This document shows, piece after piece, positions 20,076-29,360 of a stretch of DNA of 64,000 bases. Location of the stretch: the NCBI GenBank assembly GCA_963836075.1, contig CAWIIB010000001.1:320001-384000 (forward strand), written 5' to 3'. This DNA is from an uncultured Acidobacteriota bacterium. Lineage in GTDB: Bacteria; Acidobacteriota; JAQAZP01. Under the pieces are notes generated by a model that was given only the letters and a program-made list of their open reading frames with translations, was not told where the DNA came from and ran no database searches. The position numbers were made by a program, and so were the translations under genes. Each line of letters opens with the position of its first letter. The first letter of the stretch is position 1.

Positions 20076-21215
20076 TCAGGAAAAGAGCTTGCGGGCGATG
20101 ACCAGCTTCTGGATTTCGGAGGTGCCCTCGCCGATGGTGCAGAGTTTGCAGTCGCGGTAGATCTTCTCCACCGGATAGTCCTTGGACATGCCGTAGCCGC
20201 CGAAGATCTGCACCGCCTTGTTGGAGTTGCGCACGCTGCACTCGCCGGCGTAGTACTTGGCCATGGCCGATTCCTTGTTCACTTCCTTGCCCTGGTCCTT
20301 GAGCTGGGCCGCCTTGAGGGTCAGCAGGCGTGCGGCGTCGGCCTCGGTGGCCATGTCGGCCAGCATCCACTGGATGGCCTGGAAGGAGCCGATGGGCTTG
20401 CCGAACTGCTCCCGTTCCTTGGCGTACTTGATCGAGTGGGCCACCGCCCCCTGGGCCAGACCCACGCCCAGCGCGGCGATGCTGATCCGGCCGCCGTCGA
20501 GGATGCGCAGGGCGTCGATGAAACCCCTGCCCCGCTGGCCCAGCAGGTTCTCCTTCGGTATGCGGCAGTCCTCCATCACCAGCTGGGCCGTGTCGCTGGA
20601 ACGCATGCCCAGCTTGTTCTCCTTGCCGGCATAGCTGAACCCCGGAGTGCCGGACTCGATGATGAAGGCCGAGGCCATCTTGCTGCCGGCGTCGGGGTCG
20701 GTCACCGCCAGCACCACCGAGATCTTGCCCACGGTGGCGTGGGTGATAAAGGTCTTGTTGCCGTTGAGCACCCAACTGTCTCCGTCCTCCACGGCGGTGG
20801 TGCGCATGCCGCCGGCATCGCTGCCCGAACCGGGTTCGGTGAGGGCCCAGGCGCCGATGCTCTCCCCGCTGCAGAGCCGGGGCAGGTACTTCATTTTCTG
20901 ATCTTCGGTTCCGCAGAGATTGATGTGATTGGTGCAGAGCGAATTGTGGGCGGCAATGGTGAGCCCCACCGACCCGTCCACCCGGGCCAGCTCCTCGAGG
21001 ATCAGGACGTAGTGGATGTAACTCATTCCCGCCCCGCCATATTTCTCATCGAAGATGATGCCGAACATGCCCAGCTCGGCCAGCTTTTTGGCGATGGGCC
21101 AGTGGAACTCCTGGGACTCGTCATACTCCATGATCACCGGGGCGATCTCTTTCTCCGCGAACTCGCGGACCATGTCCCGGATCATCAGGTGGTCTTCGGT
21201 GAGGTTAAAATCCAC
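20076..21215 (-). CDS. Acyl-CoA dehydrogenase (short/branched-chain type)
   Basis: ALTEPGSGSDA, NGNKTFIT, KLGMRSS, REQFGKPI, QIFGGYG and TIGEGTSEIQ (catalytic Glu present). GTG start follows GGAGG. Confidence 0.93.
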   Translation of the reverse strand: MDFNLTEDHLMIRDMVREFAEKEIAPVIMEYDESQEFHWPIAKKLAELGMFGIIFDEKYGGAGMSYIHYVLILEELARVDGSVGLTIAAHNSLCTNHINLCGTEDQKMKYLPRLCSGESIGAWALTEPGSGSDAGGMRTTAVEDGDSWVLNGNKTFITHATVGKISVVLAVTDPDAGSKMASAFIIESGTPGFSYAGKENKLGMRSSDTAQLVMEDCRIPKENLLGQRGRGFIDALRILDGGRISIAALGVGLAQGAVAHSIKYAKEREQFGKPIGSFQAIQWMLADMATEADAARLLTLKAAQLKDQGKEVNKESAMAKYYAGECSVRNSNKAVQIFGGYGMSKDYPVEKIYRDCKLCTIGEGTSEIQKLVIARKLFS

Positions 21216-21271
21216 GACGTCCTCCGTAAACGTATGATAAATAAACACCTCTATTCAATTGCAATGGCAGG

Positions 21272-21301
21272 ATTATAGAGGATTTCCGGCCGCCCCGTCA
21301 A
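21272..21301 (-). promoter_or_regulatory. Putative sigma70 promoter for the acyl-CoA dehydrogenase-mce operon
   Basis: Minus strand TTGACG-18 nt-TATAAT. Confidence 0.6.
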
Positions 21302-21309
21302 CGAGGGGG

Positions 21310-22563
21310 TCAGCCGGCCCGGCGATCGAGGTACGAGCCCTGTTTCATCTCGATGGCCTTGAGCCAGATGGCGAAGAGCAGGCCCACCACGGCGCAACCG
21401 CTGAACATCAGCATGGTGGAATAGTAGTTTCCCGAGCTGTCGCGCAGAATGCCGGCCAGCAGCGGGAAGGCAAAGAGCCCGATGTTCTGTACCATGGCGA
21501 TCACGCCGTAGGCCGTGCCGATGTTCTCGTCTTTCACCATCAGCGGCAGTGCCGGCCAGAGGGCGGCGGGCACCAGCGAGAACGAGATACCGAGGATCAC
21601 CATGGGGATCCAGGGCGAAATGTCGGTGAGTACCAGCGAGGCGTGGCAGGGGACCATCATCACCGAGCCGATGATCATCAGCGTGGCCCGTTTCCCGAAC
21701 TTGTCCACCACCAGGCCGAAAATCCAGGTGGTGAACATGGAGAGCAGGATAATCACACCGGTGACCTTTCCGGCCTCCACGTCTCCCATCCCGTAGTGTT
21801 CGATAAAGAAGCGGGGGGCGATGGCGATAAAGGGGAAGATGGCCGAGTAGTAGATCATGCAGAGGCCGCTGATGACCCAGAAGGCCAGCGGCAGACGGAG
21901 GGCTTCGCGAAGGTTGAACTCGACCTCCTCTTCCTCGACGATGGCGGTGATGGCATTCCGTTCGCCAAAGCGGTCGAGAAAGACGTAGAGCACCATGGCC
22001 GCCACCGAAAAACAGCACACGGCAGCGGCGACCCAGAGGGTCAGCGTCCAGGAGCCGAGCACGTCCATCAGCCAGGCGCCAAAGGCCAGGGCAAGAAAGG
22101 AACCGGCGCGGCAAAGAAAGAGGTTGATACCGAAGGCGGTGGCCAGGATCTTGTCCTTGAACCATTTGGCCAGCACTTTGTTCATCACCACATAGAAGCA
22201 CTCGGCACCGATGCCCAGCAGCACCCGGCCGGCCAGCATCACGTAGTAGTCGTTCACCGCGGTGAGTACCGCACCCACGGAAAAAACCACGGCAAACAGG
22301 ATACCCGAACGGCGCACACCGATCTTGTCGGCCAGCAGTCCGCCGAAGACAACGAAGATGATCACCGGGATGCTGTACACGCTGTAGAGGAAGTTGACCC
22401 GGGTGGAACTGAGCCCCATCCCACCTTGCTCCACGGACATCTCCAGCTTGTCGGCGATGGGGGCGATGATGTCGTAGGCCAGGTATGAGGTGGCCGCGCT
22501 GAAACTGACCAGCAGCAGCGCCGCAAAGGCAAACATGTAGGCCTGTTTCCGGGTTATGGCCAT
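21310..22563 (-). CDS. MFS transporter
   Basis: About 12 TM helices, with motif A GLLADKIGVR and its C-domain copy GLVVDKFGKR. Confidence 0.9.
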   Translation of the reverse strand: MAITRKQAYMFAFAALLLVSFSAATSYLAYDIIAPIADKLEMSVEQGGMGLSSTRVNFLYSVYSIPVIIFVVFGGLLADKIGVRRSGILFAVVFSVGAVLTAVNDYYVMLAGRVLLGIGAECFYVVMNKVLAKWFKDKILATAFGINLFLCRAGSFLALAFGAWLMDVLGSWTLTLWVAAAVCCFSVAAMVLYVFLDRFGERNAITAIVEEEEVEFNLREALRLPLAFWVISGLCMIYYSAIFPFIAIAPRFFIEHYGMGDVEAGKVTGVIILLSMFTTWIFGLVVDKFGKRATLMIIGSVMMVPCHASLVLTDISPWIPMVILGISFSLVPAALWPALPLMVKDENIGTAYGVIAMVQNIGLFAFPLLAGILRDSSGNYYSTMLMFSGCAVVGLLFAIWLKAIEMKQGSYLDRRAG

Positions 22564-22651
22564 GTTTATTCCGCTCCTTGCAGCACCTGAGAACCATTGA
22601 TTACTTGTGGATTGGATTTACGTATGTGCCGCGAGATTAGCACGTTCACCC

Positions 22652-25600
22652 TCATTTCTCAATACGCTGAACGGCTTCCCCGAAGCGGCCCACCGCCAGG
22701 ACCACACCGCCGCCGTTCTGCTGGTAGGCATGGAAACCGACGCCGTCAACACGGACCAGGGACGACCCGGCAAGCCGCCAGGCCCGCACCAGTGAGCTGG
22801 CGTCACTATCGGGCCCCGCTGAGGCCACCAGCTCGTCCCGGCCGTCGCCATCCAGGTCGCCGCAGGCGATCCGGGCGCCGCGTCCCCCCGGCAGATCGGC
22901 CAGCAGTTCGGCAACCAGTTCCACCCCGGATTCCGTGCCGCTGAGTTTCCAGACCCTGATCTTCGGACCGTACCCCTCACCGGGGCCCGGGGCGGTGACC
23001 AGCTCGTCCCGGCCGTCGCCGTCCAGGTCGCCGCAGGCCAGCTGGGCGCCATAGCCGTGGTTCGGGCCGTAGGCCAGGAAATTAACCTGGGGCAGAGGGA
23101 TCATCCCTCCCTCCCCGGGTCGCCAGCCGCGGATGTGGGCCCCGTTGGCCGCCAGCGCTCCCGGGGCGGTGACCAGTTCGTCCCGGCCGTCGCCGTCCAG
23201 GTCGCCGAAGGCGGGCCGGGCGCCCCCGCTCACCGCTGGACCATAGGCAAAAAAGACCGGAATCCCAGGAAGCCGGGCCCAGCCCGGCCCGCCGCCCTGG
23301 TAGCTGTGGAGGGAGACCACGGCACCGTAGGAAGGCCCGGGGCCGGGACAGGCCGCCAGTTCGTCGGCCCCGTCACCGTCCAGGTCGCCACAGGCAATCA
23401 GTGCACCATACCCCGAGTGGGAGAAGGCGAGCGTACTGCCATCGACCAGGGGCCCGCCCAGCGGGTCAAAGGCCCTGATCTGCGGCGCAAAGGAAGGGGC
23501 AGGACCGGGACCGGCAACGATCTCGTCCACCCCGTCGCCATCGAGATCGCCGCAAGCGGTTTCCAGCCCGAAATTTACCGTGGCAAAGGGGGTGATGCGC
23601 CCGGACGAGACCTCCCGGCCTCCGGGGAGGAAACACCTGATCCGCGCCGGGTTGCCGGGGATCTGCCCGGTTCCGGTGACGATCCAGGTGGGCGGAACCG
23701 ATTCGACTATCCGGGCCACCCGGTTCACCGGCTGGGCGTCCACCGTCTGCAGGGTCCCGCTGGACCAGCCGACCTGGATGCGAACCGTTTCACCGGCATA
23801 CCCGCCGAGCCCCACCAGCAGCCGGCGGTCCCCCTTGCTGCGCGGGCCGCACAGGTCACCGCTGTGCCGCACCATGGTCCGCTCCCCCGCTTCCACCCGC
23901 ACCACGGCCCCGGCGCCGCTGCGCGGCGCCGCCCGCCCTTCGAGGTCGATGGCGACCCAGGCCGGCCCGTCGCCCTCCGGCGTGCGGGCCAGGTCGTTGC
24001 GCAGCAGGCGCAACAGGCCGGAACCTTCGGCCAGGGCCAGGTCGGGGTCTCCGTCCAGGTCGTGGTCGGCCCAGGCATAGGCGGTCCACTGACCTTCTTC
24101 CTCCAGCCCGGCTTCGATGGAAATGTTGTGGAATGTGAAATCACCTCCGCCCAGCAGCAGGCGGTTGCCGGCAGCCCCGGGACGGAGGATGAAGAGGTCC
24201 AGCAGACCGTCCAGGTCGGCGTCGATCCAGCAAACGCCCCGGGCAGTGTCGTCCGACCTGAGGCCGCTGCCCGCGGTGACGTCGGTGAAACGGCCGCCGC
24301 CGTCGTTGCGCAGCAGCGTGTCGTAATCCACGCCGCCGATGAAAAGGTCGGGGTCGCCGTCGTTGTCCGCGTCACCCCAGGCGGCGCAGAGCGATCTGTT
24401 CAACGACTGCAGCCCGGCTGTGGCGGCCAGGTCCTCGAATCTGCCGCTACCCAGGTTGCGGTAGAGGTGGTTCTTCCTCGGGCTGCCCGGGAATTCGTCC
24501 ACCACCACCAGCAGGTCCACCAGCCCGTCGCCGTCCATGTCACAGGGGACGGCGGCGGCCGCGGCCTCGTCGACATCGCCGGTGACACCGGCCTCTGCCG
24601 CAGCTTCATGGAAACGGCCGTCACCACTGTTGAGGAACAGGGCGTCCGGCTGAAAGAGGTTGACCACAAAAAGGTCAACAAAACCGTTGTTGTCGAAATC
24701 GGCCCAGCAGCTGTCGATGCCCTCCGGCGGGTTGACCAGACCCAGTTGCACGGCGGCATCGCGGAAGATCCCGCCGCTGCCGTCGCTCTTCAACAGGGCG
24801 TCGGGAAAGGTGCTGCCAAAGGGGCCGTAGCGCGGCAGGTGAAGTTCCGACGCGCCGTCGTTGTTCAGGTCGGCGGCTGAGACCGCGGTTTTCAGACCAC
24901 CGGCGGCCGCCCCGCGCTCCAATGTGACATCGACGAACAGTCCGTCCTCCGTGTCGTTGCGCAGCAGCCGGCAGCGGCCGTTGGCCGGCGCCGCGAAGAG
25001 GTCAGGGTCGCCGTCAGCGTCGAGGTCGCGCCAGCACAGGCCGTAGACCGGCGACCCCAGCGGCCGGGCCAGATCGGGTGATGCGGCGCTGAGGTCGGCA
25101 AAGGTGGTGGGCCGCAGGGAGAAATCCACCGGGGACAGCTGCTGATCACCGGTGAGTTCGAGCCACTGGGCGTCCAGCGGGCTCTCCCCGCCGGGATAGG
25201 TACTGGCGGCGGTGTCCCACGGCACTGGCCGCCGACACGCGGTAGGCTCCCGAGGGCAGATCGCCCAGCAGGTAGCCACCGTCAACGCCGCTCACCGCCT
25301 GGCGCTGGAAGCCGGACTCCCGGCCCAGGGCCTGCACTTCGATGCCCGACAGCGCGGTCCCGTCGGTCTGGCGGACCATGCCGCTGATGGCCCCGCCGTG
25401 CCTCTTCAGGGACACGTCCACCCCCCCGGTGTCGTTATCGTTGTAAACCTGCACGGCGGTGGCCGTGTCGATGGAGCCGGCCTCGTCGTAAAACCGCGGG
25501 ACAAAGCGCCGTTCGGAGTGCCGGGCGCCGATGAAGTAGTGCTGCTCGATGAGGTTGGTAAAGCGGTAGCCGCCGTCCGAGCCGCTGATGCTTTCGCGCA

Positions 25601-27752
25601 TCAGTGTCCCGGCGGGATAGTAGATGGACACCGTGGCCCCGGACACCGGCGCACCCGTTTCCCGGCTGGTGATCACACCGCTGATCGAGCCCCGGCGAGA
25701 GAGGGAGAAATCGATGCCGCCGGTTTCCTCCGCGGCACGGACCTCCACCGCCTCGGCGCCGGCCAGGCTGGTCGACCCGTCGAAATACTGGGGAATGACA
25801 TCGGTGAACCCGCTGCCCGCGCGCACATAGTAGAAGCCGGCGGGCAGCCCCTGCCCGAAGAGGTAGCTGCCGTCGGAGGCGCTGCGCACCACGCCGGCCG
25901 GGACCAGCGTCTGAGCGTCCAGAGCGGTGACTTCAACCGCCGTCAGCGGGCCGCCGGCAGCGGCGGAAAGAATGGTTCCCCCCAGCAGGCCCCGGCTGTT
26001 ATCGATCACCAGGCTCACCCTTTCCTCGTATGACGGGAGCAGGGACGGCCGCCAGGCCTGCAGACGGACGGTGTAGATGCCGGGGTCCAGGCCGGAGGTG
26101 GGCATGGACGCGGAGACCAGCGTCTGGCCGTGGACCACTGTGTCCGACCGGGCCAGGGTCTGGAAACGATCCGGGAACTGGCCCGCACCCCAGTCGAGAC
26201 GCCAGTGGAACGGCTCCTTGGAGGAGGCTCGGCCGGCCACCTGCAGCGGAGCGTTGCCAAAGATCACCTGGCCGCGCCCCGGACTGGTCAACCGCAACCC
26301 CACCGTCTGCTCCAGCCCCAGCAGCGCGCCGGCGTCCAGCAGGCCGTACCCGGCGTCGGCGGTGAACCGCGCTCCGCCGGCCAGCGGGGCCGCCGTGGCC
26401 CGCAGGGCGGTGCGCACCGCATCGGCGGAAAGGGTCCGCCGGGCCAGCAGCAGACCGGCCGCCGCAGCCACGTGGGGTGCGGCGCTGCTGGTTCCGCCGG
26501 AGCGGAAGAAGCTGTCGCCCACAAAACGGCTGCCGTTGCCGGCGGGGTCGCTGTAGGCAGCGCGGGTGGTGAGGATGTCTATGCCGGGGGCCACCATATC
26601 CAGCGCCGGGCCATGGTTGGAGAACTGGTAGACCGCACCTCCCGGCTCCACCGCCCCCACGGCGATTGTTTCGGCATAGCCGGCAGGGATCACGGTAGCC
26701 ACCGGCAGGCCGCTGTTGCCGGCGGCGCAGACGATCACCACTCCGGCCGAATCGGCGGCCTCGATGGTCTGCCGCAGCAGGTCCGACGAACCCGAGGCGC
26801 CCCAGCCGAGACAGATCACCCGGGCCCCGTTGTCCACGGCGTACTGGATGCCCCGGCTGAGGTCGAAGAGGGTGCCGGTGCCGTCATCCCCCAGACCTTT
26901 GACCGGAATGGTGCGGCAGTTGAAGGCCAGGCCGGGGATTCCGTAGCCGTTGTCCCAGGTGGCGGAGATGATGCCGAAACTGTTGGTCCCGTGTCCGGAG
27001 ACGTCCAGCGGCCGCCCGCTGCCCGGAGAACCGTCGGGGATGGTGAAATCGTAGCCCTGCACATCGTCCACAAATCCGTTGCCGTCGTCGTCGATGCCGT
27101 TGTCCGCGATCTCTCCCGGATTTCTCCAGACCCCCGCCCCCACATCCGGATGGCCGAAGTCGAGGCCACTGTCCACCAGGCCGATCAACAGTTCGGAACC
27201 CGGTTCGGAGAGCGACCAGGCCTCGGAGGCCCCGATGGCGTATAGCCCCCAAAGATCCCGGTAGGGCTGCTTCCAGCTGCCGCTGGATGAATAGAAAGGA
27301 TCGCCGGGTGGCGAGGCAAAACCGCTGAACAGCAGGTTCGGTTCCGCGGAAGCCACCAGGCCGCAGCCCAGATAGGCCCGCTGCATGTCCCTGACATCGG
27401 CTCCGCTCGCCTCAAAACCGAGCAGGAAAACCCGGCCATTGCCGTCCCGTCCCAGGGGGGTCCCCTTCACGGCACGGATGAGGCCATACCGGTCAGCGAG
27501 ATCGTCCAGGGCCGGTTCGCCGGCCAGTTCGATGGTGCGCCGCAGCAGAAAGTGCTCGACCTCCAGTTCCAGCCCGGGAACCAGCCGGAGCACCAGTTGA
27601 TTCGCCACGTGGGTTTCCGGTTGGGGAGGGGCCGAAACGGTTTCCGCCCCGCCGGGGAGGCCGGTAGGAGAGAGCGCCAGCCAGGCCAGGGGCAGGAGGA
27701 GCAGAAGGGCCGGAAGCCGTGCCCCGGGAGCATGCTGGCGGACTGTTTTCAT
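22652..27752 (-). CDS. Secreted multidomain protein of about 1700 aa: S8 subtilase, carboxypeptidase-regulatory-like repeats, ASPIC/UnbV-type FG-GAP domain and a C-terminal FG-GAP-like propeller; +1 indel at about 25199
   Basis: Signal peptide; triad motifs VDSG, GHGT and GTSSAAPHV with oxyanion AAGN; G.ISG.V...G.Y repeats; D.DNDG..DLF repeats; GA.VRV...GLG UnbV-like motif. ORFs 25146..27776 and 22652..25285 join by removing one G at GGTAC 25199. Confidence 0.8.
22820..23560 (-). repeat. Five intragenic repeats of about 55 aa, (A)CGDLDGDG.DELV..PG.G
   Basis: Near-identical DNA units (ACCAG(C/T)TCGTCCCGGCCGTCGCC(G/A)TCCAGGTCGCCG) near 22827, 22998 and 23172, with diverged copies near 23355 and 23520. 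Confidence 0.8.
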
Positions 27753-27789
27753 GGTTCTCCTCCGGTGATCTGACACCGATTATAGTATC

Positions 27790-29175
27790 ATGACCCCATT
27801 GGGAGACGTGATGACAAGGGCACACCCGGAACCGTATCAACGATTGCGGCAGGCAGCCCGCCGGATATTCGACGCCGCCCTGGGTGCGGCTGAACCGGGG
27901 CGGCTGACCCGGAAACTGCTGGCCGTCAAGGACCGCACCCTGATCATCGACAATGTGCCGTTTCCCCTGGAGGAGACGGCCCGGGTGATCGTGCTGGCCG
28001 CCGGCAAGGCGGCTGCCCCAATGTCTCGCGCGGCATTGGAGATCCTGGGGCCGCTGGCCGCGGATGGACTCACCGTTGTGCGGGACCTGCAGGAGGAGCC
28101 CCCCGGCGGTCTGCCGCTGCTGGTGGCCGGGCACCCGGTCCCCGATACACGGAGCAGCACCGCCGCGCAGCGGATGCTCTCACTGGCCCGCAGCGCCGGC
28201 CCCGGCGACCTGGTGCTCGCCCTCTTCTCCGGCGGCGCTTCAGCCCTGCTCAGTGCCCCTGCCCCGCCGCTGGACCTGGAGCAGTTGCGGGGCACCACCG
28301 CCCTGCTGATCAACAGCGGAGCCGGCATCCACCAGATCAACTGCGTGCGCAAGCACCTCTCGGCGATCAAGGGCGGGTTGCTGGCCCGGGCGGTACAACC
28401 TGCCGGCCTGGCCACCCTGCTGCTCTCCGACGTGGTTGGCGACCGCCCCGAGGTCATCGCCTCCGGGCCCACAGTCCCCGACCCCACGACCTATGGCCAG
28501 GCGCTGCGGGTGCTGGAGACCCGCGGTCTTGACCGAACGGTGCCTGCTGCGGTGATGCTCCGGCTCCGCCGCGGCGCCGCGGGGGAGCTGGACGAGACTC
28601 CGGGGCCCGACGATCCCTGTTTTGCAGACTCCATCGTCCGCCTGGTGGGCTCGAACAGGGATGCGCTGGACGGGGCAGCGGCCGAGGCACGAAATCTTGG
28701 TTTTACCGTGGAGGTCCGGGAGCGGCCGGTCACCGGGGAGGCCCGGGAGGCCGCCACCATATTCGGTAACCTGGCCGGCTCTGTGACCGCCCGGGACAGG
28801 AACGGGTTGCCTGTCTGCTTCCTCTCCGGAGGTGAAACCACCGTGACACTGCCGCCCGATCATGGCCGCGGCGGCCGGAACATGGAGCTGGCCCTGGCCG
28901 CCGCCCCGCTGCTTGCGAAAATCCCCGGCACCCTGCTGCTCAGCGCCGGCACCGACGGCAGTGACGGCCCCACCCCAGCCGCCGGAGCACTGGCGGACAG
29001 CCGGACCATGGACCGGGCCCGGCAGGCGGGGCTGGATCCGGAATCCGCCCTGCTGGAGCACGATTCATTTCACTTTTTCCAGGCACTGGGCGGCCTGGTG
29101 GTCACCGGTCCCACGGGAACCAATGTGATGGACCTCCAGATCCTCCTCTCCGACCCGGCTTCAGCAGAAAAATAA
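27790..29175 (+). CDS. Glycerate 2-kinase (TtuD/MOFRL family)
   Basis: GKAA, GHPVPD, SGGASAL, RKHLS.IKGG, SDVVGD, IASGPT, GGETTV, GGRN.E, GTDG.DG and TGPTGTNV.D. Confidence 0.92.
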   Translation: MTPLGDVMTRAHPEPYQRLRQAARRIFDAALGAAEPGRLTRKLLAVKDRTLIIDNVPFPLEETARVIVLAAGKAAAPMSRAALEILGPLAADGLTVVRDLQEEPPGGLPLLVAGHPVPDTRSSTAAQRMLSLARSAGPGDLVLALFSGGASALLSAPAPPLDLEQLRGTTALLINSGAGIHQINCVRKHLSAIKGGLLARAVQPAGLATLLLSDVVGDRPEVIASGPTVPDPTTYGQALRVLETRGLDRTVPAAVMLRLRRGAAGELDETPGPDDPCFADSIVRLVGSNRDALDGAAAEARNLGFTVEVRERPVTGEAREAATIFGNLAGSVTARDRNGLPVCFLSGGETTVTLPPDHGRGGRNMELALAAAPLLAKIPGTLLLSAGTDGSDGPTPAAGALADSRTMDRARQAGLDPESALLEHDSFHFFQALGGLVVTGPTGTNVMDLQILLSDPASAEK

Positions 29176-29183
29176 ACAGATAC

Positions 29184-29213
29184 TTGACCTATATCATCAT
29201 AATTCTGTAGTAT
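29184..29213 (+). promoter_or_regulatory. Putative sigma70 promoter for the metalloprotease gene
   Basis: TTGACC-18 nt-TAGTAT in an AT-rich intergenic region. Confidence 0.45.
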
Positions 29214-29360
29214 TAAACACACATAACGATCGGAAGTCACTTTTCGCCAACCTGACTTTCCGGGATTCATTTTCCAATACAGTGCCATCTCCGTTGCGTG
29301 CTGGTGGAATCTCTGGCAGCAACGGAAACCGTTCCACTCTCACAGGAGGCTCAGTCCACG

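Noticed and set aside
19651-20775. 374-aa extended methylmalonyl-CoA epimerase
   Set aside because: The extension is an off-frame reading of the ACAD gene; the real start is ATG 20067 with an RBS.
22820-23560. Regularly spaced DNA direct repeats as a CRISPR array
   Set aside because: Spacing is about 170 bp, the repeats are in frame inside a CDS and encode FG-GAP-like motifs, and no cas genes are present.
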